A DNA stretch of 64,000 bases from Octopus sinensis (Eukaryota): contig NC_043000.1 in the NCBI RefSeq assembly GCF_006345805.1, positions 158,534,001-158,598,000 of the forward strand, written 5' to 3'. Positions 1 to 13,784 of this stretch are shown here, in pieces (position 1 is the first letter of the stretch; each line of letters opens with the position of its first letter). Under the pieces are notes generated by a model, which was given only the letters and a program-made list of their open reading frames with translations, was not told the origin of the DNA and ran no database searches. Made by a program: the position numbers and the translations under genes.

Positions 1-614
1 ACGAATTCACTCGGCATTTCATTAACTGTGGACGCGTTTCGGAGTTAGATACGAAAAATGCAAAATCCACATTTTCATTCTATCATTCTCGTTCTTCAGT
101 AGAGTATTTCAAGATTTTAAATTTGAGTGTACTGAAAGAAATTGAGCATACCTATCTGATTCAAGCGAATCATACAAACTATATCCAGTATTCAGTACCA
201 ACGAATTCAAAGCATACGAATGAGATCTCGTATTCTTCCTCACCTACCCATATATATATGCATGTGTGTGCTCCTGTGTGTGCGTTCTTGGGAGTGTGCG
301 GGGTGGTGTATGCTTGTGTGTGTTTCGGTATGTATTTCTATGGCCCTTAGGTGTTTGAAAGAATAGTAGGTTTGTAAATCTAGGCCATTTTAGATCTAAC
401 GTGACTAATACAGACACGTCTTCCAGAAAGAAGGTGGAAGATATAGACGGAAAATATAATATTATAATCACAGTAGACATTGTGATGTAGTGAACACGCG
501 AATGTTATAAAAGGCAAACCTGACCTCAACGAAGGTAGGAGAAAAAATATTAAATAGTTACTGCATAGCTCCATGTCAGACTCTTCATTAACTCCGGCCA
601 TTAGTCAGCAATGC

Positions 615-843
615 ATTGTGTTGAGTCAAAAGTTTTGCAATATTTTGGTAAGCTATTTACTTTATTCGTCAAGTTACATCAAAAGTAGCCTAGCATTCAA
701 AGTAATGGCCATCGTACAGCAACACCCGAACCCACCTTTCTGCCTGTTCATTGATCCAACGGTAGTACCAGTTCCTGGCCTGTGACGCGAAGAACTCGTT
801 CACTGATGTTTCCTTTTCATTGATGAAGCGCCGAGACAGCACG
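615..843 (-). mobile_element. mariner 3' remnant (transposase C-terminus plus one TIR-like end)
   Basis: Minus strand translates RRFINEKETSVNEFFASQARNWYYRWINEQAERWVRVLLYDGHYFEC*, matching the mariner C-terminal FF..(G)I..L.ERW..V...DG.YF pattern. ATTGTGTTGAGTCAAAAGTTTTGCAATATTTTG at 615 resembles a mariner TIR. Confidence 0.7.
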
Positions 844-2366
844 AAAGACATAGAATCGACATATTTGTATGTCTACACTGTAGTTTACTCATACATTCAC
901 AGACACACACAATCGCACACACACACGTCCATACACGCACACAGATTCACACACTTTTTATTAGTGGATTTTTTTCGTGAAATTAGATTTCATGCAATTT
1001 TCATATGGAGAGTGCAAAACATGAACATGAACACTGCAAACTAATCAACTCATAACGTAAGTATTAATCAGCCAATGTGATATTGAGCACTCATTCGCAG
1101 TCCGTCACTATCGTATACAGACACATACACACATACACACACACACACACTCATGCACACATATTATATGTATAAACATATATGCACTAGTGTGTGCATG
1201 CGTGCGTGTATTGTACGTGCATAAATAGCTACGTGATATGTCGTTTGGTTTTATTCTGATCTTCAGCGCTCAGCTCTTCTACTTAGCGCAGAGATTTTAT
1301 CAAGTGTTTTTGTTCGATTTGTATAAATTGTATATACATCAGCAGTAATCTAGGGGAAGTTGATTTAAATACTTCCGCCACTTAACTCTTATAGACACAT
1401 ACACACATACGCACAGACACGTAATAACACACACATACACACAAACACTCACACACTCAAACACACACATACAGTGGTACGAAAACGTGTCGGTGTTTTG
1501 TGTTGGATATAAATATATCGACTTATCAATTTAAAGTTTCCCTAAGTAGTAATATTTGTACATTACGTTTATTCAATATCCAATATTGCCGAAACTCTGT
1601 TGGAGCTTTGTCAAAAGTCTGTTTCAAATTTGATTTATCAATTAATCTCATCTACCAGCTCCTTTTGTTGTTATGTACATAAAGACCAAGAAATGAAACG
1701 AATAGCAATGACAATAACCATCTTGGTTAGAAGCGCCTTCGCTGATAGAAATATGTCTGCCCGCTTGCATTTCGCGCTTGTCTGATATTCATTACGACTA
1801 TAACAACATCGCTTGATTTATAAATATTATTTCGGTGTTGGTACGTATGTTGTTGAATCTCTCTCTGTTAATCTCTTCGCGATGCATACATATATACATG
1901 AATGCATACATACGTACGCACGTACAAGCTTACATACATACATATATCTCTGTTCATGTATGTGTGTATGTGAATGTATACTTAGACATAGATATTATTA
2001 TATATTTACATAGATGTGCTCCTGCAAACACATGCATTCTTGCAGTTACGATTATTATGCTGCTGTATACACACGTATCCATTCATATACACATTCATAT
2101 ACGCATATGTGCGCGTATGCATTTGTGTGTTTTCATGTGTATAGGCACACACGCGCACACGTGTGCGGAGATAAACATCTCTGAGAGGCACAAGTATTCA
2201 TAATGCTCGTGTATAACTTCTTACTGTGTATGTTAAGTAGATTAGTCAAACATTTCCCATCTGTATTGAAGAATAGTGTATTGCAGGTTTCAATATCAGA
2301 TATCGGTTACATATATCAACACGTAGCTATTTGAATGACATCGTATTTCTCTATTCCTCTCAGAAT

Positions 2367-2397
2367 ACACACACACACACACACGCACGCACACACA

Positions 2398-2436
<39 letters not shown>

Positions 2437-2458
2437 CACACACACACACACACACACC

Positions 2459-2549
<91 letters not shown>

Positions 2550-2630
2550 CATATATATGTATATATACATATATGTGTGAGTATATATGTATGCCAGTAT
2601 TTATGTTCATATATATATATATATATTTAT
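2367..2630. repeat. (CA)n followed by (TA)n microsatellite
   Basis: Directly visible; accounts for four spurious ORFs. Confidence 0.95.
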
Positions 2631-3368
2631 AATTGTGTTAGTACTTTATATAATAAGACAATATTTTACCGTATATATTTGTTTAAAGACTTTGAACAAA
2701 GGCAATGTTCCTAATATATTTATTAATTATGCTGCTAGCGGATTTATTATGGATCATTGAAATGCTGCAATATAATTCCATATCGCATTCCATTCGAGAT
2801 GCTGGTTCGATATACACCACACTTTTCTCTCTTTCCCCTAATGTATGTTGTTCATTTTTAAGGTTATTGCTTTAGCTCAGGTTCTCACCTTCAGCCCACC
2901 GTTATGTTCCCTAACTACTTGAACAGTAATATCGTTGCCAAAATTATGTACTCGAATTCTCATTTCACTCAGGACTATTTTACAGACGTCAACGTGTAGG
3001 CTTCATATCGAACCACAACAAGATCCATCTCGCCAGTCTGTAAATGTATAAACCCACCTTTCCACTAGCCAGGCGTCTTTCATGATTTACCGAAATCCTC
3101 TTACAAGGCGATGAAAAATTTTAATAAATAATATTTGCAAATAATGACTGCGGCGTTACATTGGCCAAGAGAATAGTTTTACTCATGACGGCTTTAAATC
3201 TGTTGATGACATTTTATTCTGCTTCTTCCTTGTAAATCAGCTCAGATGTTTCAATACAGATTCATTACCCACAGAAATTTCGATTATGAGCTCTCTATTA
3301 TAGCTAGAGCCCAGCATTTATTATACGAAAATCCATGTAAAATAAATGACATTTTGCGTAGTTATGTA

Positions 3369-4583
3369 CGAGGTGGTAGCCAAAACATCCGCACTAGTTA
3401 TAGTCAATAAATAATAACTTATTTACCTAAGTTTTAACACCATCACCTTCAAAATAGTCATTTTACGCAGCAATATATGAGTCCCAGCATTCGTTTCCTG
3501 CAAGAGAGTCGAGGACCTTCTGCGATTCGCTATGGCTCTCGACAACAGTGTTAAAAGGGATGCCTCTGAGCTTCCCTTTCTTCTTGGTGTACGGATGGAA
3601 GTCCGTAAATCTGGTGAATAGGACGGGTGCAGAAGTAATACCATGTTGCTTTTGACGAAAGATTCACGGGTGAGGGAGAGCTCAGTAACGGTGCATTGTC
3701 GTCGTGAAGAAGGCAATTCTTCACGCTCCGCGGTTCCGGTATCTTTCGCAGAATGGCTTCCCTAAAACGCTTCAAAACGTCGCAATAGAACTCTCTATTG
3801 ACGGTATGGCCCTGGGGAACGATTTCTGGATGCACAATACCACTGATGTCACAAAATCGGTGATCATCCTCTTGATTGAGTTGCGGCTCTGTCGTGCCTT
3901 CTTCGTTCGTGGAGATGAAGGCATCTTCCATTGTGATGACTGCTGCTTCGTTTCAGGGTCATACCGTAGACCCAACTTCCGTCACCGGGGATGATCTTTG
4001 ACATGAAGGATGAGTCATCAGCGGCAAACTAACGGAAATATTGACAGACTTCGACGCGATGTTCTTTCTGCTCAGTGGTCAGCAGACGAGGGACAGACTT
4101 GGTAGAGACACGCCGCATGTTCAATTCAGATGTTAGGGGTACTTGCACGGGCTAAAAACATCAGCAATGTCTTTGATTGTCCTCCGATGGTTCTCATGTG
4201 CAAGCTAATGAATTTTCTCCACATGCCCAGGGGTGACGCTCGTGGTAGGTGTTCCAGATCACTCGTCATTCTCCGGGGATATTCTTCCATTTCTGAAGCA
4301 AACGTGCCCATTGCCTCGTCGGCATAAGCTTGCCGAAGCATGCCGAGTTTAGTGCAAAATTTTACGCTGACTCTTTGTTCCTGTCTATGGTAAAATGGCA
4401 AACTACAGCATACACGTGATCACAAAAGTACAAATTTCAAAACTTGCGAAATAAACACGGCAATTTCGCACGGCACACTACCTCATGCATGTCACTACTA
4501 GCTCTCACTGCGCAGGCAACCGTGTGCTGCCATCCGTTGGCGCACTAAAGAGCTAGTCTAGGCAATTTCTTAATACATCCTTG
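3369..4583 (-). mobile_element. decayed near-full-length mariner DNA transposon
   Basis: Frameshifted fragments EQRVSVKFCTKLG, YDPETKQQSSQW, GIVHPEIVPQGHTVNREFYCDVLKR, LLHDDNAP and HPSYSPDL. Degenerate TIRs: ta-CGAGGTGGTAGCC at 3367 and a matching diverged end near 4583. Confidence 0.9.
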
Positions 4584-5610
4584 CGTGACTTTGCACAGGT
4601 TCACGTAAGAGTGAAGGTAATTTACAGCGGGTCAAGAGATCTCCGTTTGGTTTTTATCCCTGATATTCGTGTCTATATCAAGAGTTAGGACCACGCAACT
4701 ATAGATGTGTGGAATATTCATGCATTTAGCATGCTTGCAGCACTGAGCGGCTTAAACGTCTGGGACACTAAAATTTCAAGTTGACCTAAACCAACCGGTT
4801 AACAACATATAAATTCATCATCCCGGCATATAATACAAAACTGATAATTCAGGATACAATTTCTCGTCCTATATATGCATATAATTTGCAAATGAACAAA
4901 TGAGATGACATTCTGTGTAGTCGGTATGTTACTAACAAAAGAACACCGCACAATTCAGTACAGTTGTGACGATAAAGGTTGAGAAGGACGTAATCCTTAA
5001 ATCTCAAATGTTCGCTCTGCAATTTCAATAATCGTGTGGGAACAATTTTTGATATATACGCATACATAAGCAAATAATGTACAATCACATGTTCTTTCAA
5101 TACAATATAAGGTTTTTGGTGAGAGACAGAAGTTCCTAAGTTTATTTTTGTTTTTGTTATGATCGGCAATTGTTGATTAATCAAGAATACAACATAGTTG
5201 GGCGGAATGATAACTAAAAGCATTTGGTCAATTGTGAAAGCTTTACACTGGACGTATAGAAAGAAAATGTCGGTTTGAAGCTGGAAGTTCTTAGTATAAT
5301 CATCAAGTAGAAAGAAAGTATTTGAGTCGGAAAAGTGCAATTTATGGGATTTTCCAATTCAAACAGATAAGAAAAAATAATTACTCAAACAGATAAGAAA
5401 TAATAAGCCAGATAGGACAAGAATAGACGCTTAATGATTGATCTATCATACCCGTTTAATTGTGAAGAAAACAGTTGAAAAATGAAAAAAAATGAAATGC
5501 AATCTCTTAACGGTTGAGATAAAGGGAAGTTGGAATATGGAAACTGTAAAGGTTGTGTCTGTAATAATTTCTCGTCCTATATATGCATATATATTTATAT
5601 TTTTTTTTTT

Positions 5611-5804
5611 ACTTGTTTCAGTCATTTGACTGCGCCCATGCTGGAGCACCGCCTTTAGTCGAGCAAATCGATCCCGAGACTTATTCTTTGTGAGCCCAGT
5701 ACTTATTCTATTGGTCTATTTTGCCGAACCGCTAAGTGACGGGGACATAAACACACCAGCATCGGTTGTCAAGCAATGATAGGGGGATAAACACAGACAT
5801 ACAA

Positions 5805-5880
<76 letters not shown>

Positions 5881-6051
5881 CATATATACGACAGGCTTCT
5901 TTCAGTTTCCGTCTACGAAATCCACTCACAAGGCATTAGTCGGTCCGGCGCTATAGCAGAAGACACTTGCCCAAGATGCCACGCAGTGGGACTGAACCCG
6001 GAACCATGTGGTTGGTTAGCAAGCTACTTACCACACAGCCACTCCTGCGCC
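5611..6051 (-). mobile_element. tRNA-derived SINE family A, full length, with internal (TA)/(TG) microsatellite
   Basis: Minus strand starts GGCGCAGGAGTGGCTGTGTGGTAAG (A box) then GGTTCAGTCCC (B box) and ends GGCGGTGCTCCAGCATGG...GACTGAAACAAGT. Several other copies occur in the window. Confidence 0.9.
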
Positions 6052-6063
6052 TATATATAGAGA

Positions 6064-6290
6064 GACTGTGAAAAATGATATAGAAAAATGACTGAAAGAG
6101 GTGGGAACGAAAAGTTCTGTAGACATTCTACAGAATGTTTTCAAATTAGGGATAAGAAAGTTTATCAGAAGGGTGTTGGGCCCTTAAAATATTTATTGAA
6201 AGCTTGCGAATATCTACGGTTACGGGTAAAAAACTGCTACTCATATAGATTATACCAGGAGTAAGAACAATCCTCAGTGAAGACGAATAC
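6064..6290 (+). mobile_element. old R4/Dong-like LINE extreme 3' end
   Basis: Translates TVKNDIEK*LKEVGTKSSVDILQNVFKLGIRKFIRRVLGP*, similar to the LQK..LLGT..I.R.VL C-terminus of restriction-like endonuclease (REL) LINEs. Runs straight into (TAA)n. Confidence 0.55.
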
Positions 6291-6491
6291 AAAAATATTA
6301 ATAATAATAATGATGATAACAACAACAACAACAACAATAATAATAATTATAATAATAATACAAATAAAAATAAAAATAATGATAATAATAACAATAATAA
6401 TAATAATAATAGTAATAATAATGATAATACTACTACTACTAATAATAATAATAATAATGATAATCATAATAATAATAATAATAATAATAAT

Positions 6492-6526
<35 letters not shown>

Positions 6527-6549
6527 CAACAACAACAACAACAACAACA

Positions 6550-7188
6550 CTACCGACAAATTTCCGAATGTGTGGTGAGAGGGGTGAAATATCAAGGCAC
6601 ATCCTTAGCGAATACCCAAAACTTGCACAATGCGAATACAAAATGTGACATGACAATGCTGGAAGAATGAACCATTGGGAACTCTGTGGAAATCACGGCC
6701 TACAAAGAAAAAAGATTTGTTATGAGAATGCCTCACAAGGAGTCAACGATAATGGGATTTGCAAAATCCCGTGGGATGCAATGATTCAGTGCGATCACAT
6801 GACAAGATATCGGAAAGTGGACATTCTTGTGGTGAATAAAAGAGAAAAATCACGCATGATAATCGACAACAGGATGAATGTGAAAGAAGAAAAAGTAAAC
6901 AACTATGAGGATTTCAAGTGGAAAATACGAAGGACGTGATCAATGAGGAGAGTAGACGTGATGCCAATAGTCATTGGCACACTTGGAAGTATCAGCAATC
7001 AACTACCAACATGGCTAAAAAAGGTCGATAAGAGAGTGAAGGCAGAACATAAGAAAAGAAATCGGCATCGATTGGAACTGCAAGAATTCTTCGCAGGGTT
7101 CTTGAAGCATGACCAGCAAACAAGTGTCATCTTAGTCTGCTATCTGTGGACAGCTGACACTTTGCATCATACCCAGCAAAACAAGCTG
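6550..7188 (+). mobile_element. R4/Dong-clade non-LTR retrotransposon 3' fragment (CCHC knuckle plus REL endonuclease), copy 1
   Basis: FRMCGERGEISRHILSEYPKLAQCEYKM*HDN..HWELC..KIPWD..RKVDILVVNK..EKVNNYED..VMPIVIGTLG..GTARILRRVL, followed by a (TAA)n tail. Carries stops and frameshifts. Confidence 0.88.
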
Positions 7189-7532
7189 TAATATAATAAT
7201 AATAATAATAAATAATAATAATAATAATGATATATAATAATAATAATAAATAATATAATAATATGATAATAATATAATATAATAATGATAATATAATAAT
7301 AATAATAAATAATATAATAATAATGATGATATAATAATAATGATAATATATAATATAATAATAATATAATAATAATGATAATAATATAATAATAATAATA
7401 TAATAATAATAATAATAATGATATAATAATAATAATGATAATAATAATAATAATGATAATAATAATAATGATAAATAATATACAATAATAATAATAATAA
7501 TAATAATGATAATAATAATAATAATAATAATG

Positions 7533-7578
<46 letters not shown>

Positions 7579-7609
7579 TAATAATAATAATAATAATATA
7601 ATAATATAA

Positions 7610-7650
<41 letters not shown>

Positions 7651-7699
7651 CATAATGATAGTAATGATAATAATAATATAACAATAATAATGATAATAA

Positions 7700-7730
<31 letters not shown>

Positions 7731-7787
7731 TGAATAATAATAATAATAATAATAAATGATAATAATAATAATAATAATAATATAATG

Positions 7788-7851
<64 letters not shown>

Positions 7852-7882
7852 AATAATAATAATAATAATGATAATAATAATA

Positions 7883-7919
<37 letters not shown>

Positions 7920-8394
7920 TAATAATAATAATAATAATAATAATATTGATAATAATAATAATAATAATAATATAATAATAATATGATAATAATGATAATA
8001 ATAATGATAATAATATAATAATAATAATAATAATAATAATGATAATAAAATAATAATAATAATGATAATAATAAATAATAATAATAATATAATAATAATA
8101 ATAATAATATAATGATAATAATAATATAATAATAATAATAATAATAATAATGATAATAATAATAATAATAATAATAATGATAATAATAATAATAATAATG
8201 ATAATAATAATAATAATATAATAATAATAATAATAAGAATAAGATAATAATAAATAATATAATAATAATAATAATAAAAATAATAATAATAATAAGATAA
8301 TAATAATAATAATAATAATAATGATAATAATGATAATAATAATAATAATATAATGATAATAATAATGATAATAATAATAATAATAATAATAATG

Positions 8395-8428
<34 letters not shown>

Positions 8429-8894
8429 TAATAATAATAATAATAATAATAAATAATAATGATAATAATAATAATAATAATATGATAATAATAATAATAA
8501 TAATAATGATAATAATAATAATAATAATGATAATAATAATAATGATAATAATAATAATAATAATAATAATGATAATAATAATAAATAATAATAATATAAT
8601 AATAATAATGATAATAATAATAATAATAATGATAATAATAATATGATAATAATAATAATAAATAATAATGTAATAATATAATGATAATAATAATAATAAT
8701 AATAATAATGATAATAATAATAATAATGATAATATAATAATGATAATAATAATAATAATAATAATAATGATAATAATAATAATAATAATAATGATAATAA
8801 TAATAATAATAATATAATAATAATAATAATAATGATAATAATAATAATAATAATGATAATAATAATAATGATAATAATAATAATAATAATAATG

Positions 8895-8940
<46 letters not shown>

Positions 8941-8951
8941 TAATAATAATG

Positions 8952-8994
<43 letters not shown>

Positions 8995-9134
8995 TAATAA
9001 TAATAATAATAATGATAATAATAATAATGATAATAATAATAATAATAATAATGATAATAATAATAATAATAATAATAATAATATAATAATAATAATAATG
9101 ATAATATATAATAATAATGATAATAATAATAATG

Positions 9135-9171
<37 letters not shown>

Positions 9172-9295
9172 TAATAATAATAATAATAATAATAATGATA
9201 ATAATATCTAATTAATAATAATAATAATGATATATAATAATAATAATGATAATAATAATAATGATAATAATGATAATAATAATAATAATAATGAC

Positions 9296-9342
<47 letters not shown>

Positions 9343-9561
9343 TAATAATAATAATAATAATATAATAATAATAATAATAATAATAATAAATGATAATAAT
9401 AATATAATAATAATAATAATAATGATAATAATAATAATATGATAATAATAATAATAATAATTATAATAATGATAATACTAATAATAATAATAATAATAAT
9501 GATAATAATAATAGAATAATAATAATAATAATATAATATATAATAATTAATAATAATAATA

Positions 9562-9706
<145 letters not shown>

Positions 9707-9711
9707 CTTTT

Positions 9712-9870
9712 TTATTTTAGACATTCATTAGTACAACATCCCCACCCCCCAAATATATGGCACACTAGGCATAACAACAACATGAACTTCCAACCCTGTT
9801 GTCTCTTGAGGTCTCTGGGTGAGACTTGGAGCCAACTTGTACAAATATAAAGCAAAAGTCAAACATAGAA
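9712..9870 (+). mobile_element. probable 3' UTR fragment of another TAA-resident LINE family
   Basis: ~160 bp unique island in the TAA array ending ...GCAAAAGTCAAACATAG(AAT)n. Assigned from context only. Confidence 0.4.
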
Positions 9871-9915
9871 TAATAATAATAATAATGATAATAATAATAA
9901 TAATAATAATAATAA

Positions 9916-10469
9916 ATGCCCTGATACAGTACCAGGCATTGGCTCTCATGGCTTCTGATCTTAACTGATTGGAAGTGTTATCATGCACATTGTTTTGTCT
10001 TGGTATAAAAGATGGGCTACAGCAAATATTCTGCTCAATACCACAGATTTGCTTGTCAGTTGTTTTACCTTAACCAGTTGAGCATGTCCCTTAGTGGCTG
10101 ACGATATGTGCATCTCTGATCACGAGCAGAAGTAGTGGGGGAGCATCATAGCCATGTGTTGAGAGGGATTCTTTGGGGTTTGAATAATTCACCTCTGGGA
10201 ACATGGGTGGTTCTTTCAACATCCTTAAACAACCCTTATTCAGGACCTTTTGAGCAGGATGGGCTACTCAACCTGAAGAAAATTCTAACTGGGCCCCACC
10301 TGCAAGGTCATGTGCTGTTTATCTTGATATGAGATCACATGTCGCGCACATATGGTTCTGATGCAGTGTCCTGGTGTACCCTTATCAGACGGGTAGTCAT
10401 GATGGGTATATTGGGCTTCGTATATTTTACCCCAGTGTCACTTTGATGGCATGAACTGCTCTCTCACTC

Positions 10470-10470
<1 letters not shown>
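9916..10470. mobile_element. ~550-bp non-coding TAA-resident element, copy 1
   Basis: Four homologous copies in the same orientation, all flanked by (AAT)n and all ending CTCTC(T/A)..ACTC-AATAAT. Confidence 0.85.
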
Positions 10471-10500
<30 letters not shown>

Positions 10501-10547
10501 TAATAATAATGATAATAATAATAATATAATAATAATATATAATAATA

Positions 10548-10580
<33 letters not shown>

Positions 10581-10707
10581 TAATAATAATAATAATAATA
10601 ATAATATAATAATACTAATAATAATAATGATAATATTAATAATAATAATAATAATATAATAATAATAATAAGATAATAACAACAACAACATCAACAATAA
10701 TAATAAT

Positions 10708-10794
<87 letters not shown>

Positions 10795-10831
10795 TATAAT
10801 AATAATAGAATAATAATAATATAATAATAAT

Positions 10832-11378
10832 AGATCAGAAGTGGCTCTCATGGCTTCTGATCTTAACTGATTGGAAGTGGTTATCATGTACATTGTTTTG
10901 TCTTGGTTTAAAAGATGGGCTACAGCAACAGCATATTCTGCTCAATACCACAGATTTGCTTGTCAGTTGTTTGACCTTAACCATTTGAGCATGTCACTTA
11001 GTGGCTGACGATATGTGCATCTCTGATCACGAGCAGAAGTAGTGGGGGAGCATCATAGCCATGTGTTGAGAGGGATTCTTTAGGGTTTGGATGATATCAC
11101 CTCTGGAAACATGGGTGATTCGTTCACACCCTTAAACAATCCTTATTCAAGGACCTTTTGAGCGGGATGGGTTACTCTACCAGAAGAAAATTCTAACTGG
11201 GCCCCACCTGCAAGGTCATGTGCTGTTTATCTTGATATGAGATCACCATGTCGCGCACATATGGTTGTGATGCATGTGCCTGGTGTACCCTTATCAGACG
11301 GGTAGTCATGATGGGTATACTGGGCTTCATATATTTTACCCCAGTGTCACTTTGATGGCATGAACTGCTCTCTCACTC

Positions 11379-11379
<1 letters not shown>
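10832..11379. mobile_element. ~550-bp TAA-resident element, copy 2
   Basis: Homologous to 9916-10470; left end replaced by AGATCAGAAG. Confidence 0.85.
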
Positions 11380-11413
<34 letters not shown>

Positions 11414-11441
11414 TAATAATAATAATAATAATAATATAATG

Positions 11442-11514
<73 letters not shown>

Positions 11515-11515
<1 letters not shown>

Positions 11516-12056
11516 GATCAGAAGTGGCTCTCATGGCTTCTGATCTTAACTGATTGGAAGTGTTATCATGTACATTGTTTTGTCTTGGTTTAAAAGATGG
11601 GCTACAGCAAATATTCTGCTCAATACCACAGATTTGCTTGTCAGTTGTTTGACCTTAACCATTTGAGCATGTCACTTAGTGGCTGACGATATGTGCATCT
11701 CTGATCACGAGCAGAAGTAGTGGGGGAGCATCATAGCCATGTGTTGAGAGGGATTCTTTAGGGTTTGGATGATTCACCTCTGGAAACATGGGTGATTCGT
11801 TCAACACCCTTAAACAATCCTTATTCAAGGACCTTTTGAGCGGGATGGGTTACTCTACCAGAAGAAAATTCTAACTGGGCCCCACCTGCAAGGTCATGTG
11901 CTGTTTATCTTGATATGAGATCACCATGTCGCGCACATATGGTTGTGATGCATGTGCCTGGTGTACCCTTATCAGACGGGTAGTCATGATGGGTATACTG
12001 GGCTTCATATATTTTACCCCAGTGTCACTTTGATGGCATGCACTGCTCTCTCACTC

Positions 12057-12057
<1 letters not shown>
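11515..12057. mobile_element. ~550-bp TAA-resident element, copy 3
   Basis: Nearly identical to copy 2, including the left junction. Confidence 0.85.
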
Positions 12058-12097
<40 letters not shown>

Positions 12098-12107
12098 CAA
12101 CAACAAC

Positions 12108-12748
12108 ACTACTGACAAATTCAGAATGTGTGGCGAGAGGGGTGAAATATCAAGGCACATCCTTAGCGAATACCCAAAACATGCACAATGCGAATACAAA
12201 ATGTGACATGACAATGCTACAAGAATGAACCATTGGGAACTCTGTGGAAATCACGGCCTACAAAGAAAAAATATTTGTTATGAGAATGCCTCACAAGGAG
12301 TCACCGATAATGGGATTTTCAAAATCCCGTGGGATGCAATGATTCAGTGCGATCACTTGACAAGATATCGGAAAGTGGACATTCTTGTGGTGAATAAAAG
12401 AGAAACAGCATGCATGATAATCGACAACAGGATGAATGTGAAGGAAGAAAAAGTAAACAACTATGAGGATTTCAAATGGAAAATACGAAGAACGTGATCA
12501 ATGAGGATAGTAGACGTGATACCAATAGTCATTGGCACACTTGGAAGTATCAGCAATCAACTACCAGCATGGCTAAAAAAGGTCGATAAGAAAGTGAAGG
12601 CAGAACATAAAAAAAAACAAACGGCATCGATTGGAACTGCAAGAATTCTTCGCAGGGTTCTTGAAGCATGACCAGCAAACAAGTGTCATCTTAGTCTGCT
12701 ATCTGTGGACAGCTGACACTTTGCATCATACCCAGCAAAACAAGCTGT
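12108..12748 (+). mobile_element. R4/Dong-clade 3' fragment, copy 2
   Basis: Same truncation point, same (AAC)n lead-in and same in-frame stops as 6550-7188. Confidence 0.88.
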
Positions 12749-12789
12749 AATAATAATAATAATAATATAATAATATAATAATAATAATG

Positions 12790-12835
<46 letters not shown>

Positions 12836-12861
12836 TAATAATAATAATAATAATAATAATG

Positions 12862-12899
<38 letters not shown>

Positions 12900-12950
12900 G
12901 ATAATAATAATAATAATAATGATAATAATATAATGATAATGATAATAATA

Positions 12951-12986
<36 letters not shown>

Positions 12987-12988
12987 TA

Positions 12989-13019
<31 letters not shown>

Positions 13020-13039
13020 AATAATAATAATAATAATAA

Positions 13040-13092
<53 letters not shown>

Positions 13093-13123
13093 TAATCATA
13101 ATAATAATAATAATAATAATAGT

Positions 13124-13679
13124 AAATATCCTGATGAGTCAGGCAGTGGCTCCCATGACTTCTGATCTGAACTGATTAGAAGAGTTATCGTGTACATTGT
13201 TTTCTCTTGGTATAAAAGATGGGAAACAGCAAATATTCTGCTCAATACTCCAGATTTACCTGTCACTTTCTTGATCTTAATCAGTTGAGCATGTCAGTTA
13301 GTGGTTGACGATATGTGCATCTCTGATCACGAGCAGAAGTAGCGGGGGAGCATCATAGCCATATGTTGAGAGGAATTCTTTGGGGTTTGGATAATTCATG
13401 TTTGCAAAGATGGGTGTTTTGTTCAGCATTCTTAAACAAACCTCATTCAGGGACCATTTGAGCAGGATGAACCACTTGACCTATAGAAAATTCATACTGG
13501 GCCCCACCTGCAATTTCCTGCGCTCTTTATCTTGATATGAGATCACCATATTGCACACATATGGTTCTGATGCATGTGCCTGGTGTACCTTTATCAGACG
13601 AGTAGTCACGATGATTAAACTGGGCTTCGTATATTTTACACCAGCATCACTTTGATGGCATGAACTGCTCTCTTACTCA
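13124..13679. mobile_element. ~550-bp TAA-resident element, copy 4 (diverged)
   Basis: Colinear with copies 1-3 but with many more substitutions. Confidence 0.85.
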
Positions 13680-13682
13680 ATA

Positions 13683-13723
<41 letters not shown>

Positions 13724-13739
13724 AATAATAATAATAATA

Positions 13740-13784
<45 letters not shown>

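Noticed and set aside
2888-3040. Minus-strand exon candidate (MRIRVHNFGNDITVQVVREHNGGLK/gtgaga)
   Set aside because: In-frame stop upstream, no recognisable homology and no partner exons.
5980-6051. tRNA gene
   Set aside because: The A/B boxes belong to a SINE head, and there is no full cloverleaf.
13128-13165. CTGATGAG as a hammerhead core
   Set aside because: No GAAA or helix III follows, and homologous copy 1 reads CTGATACAG.
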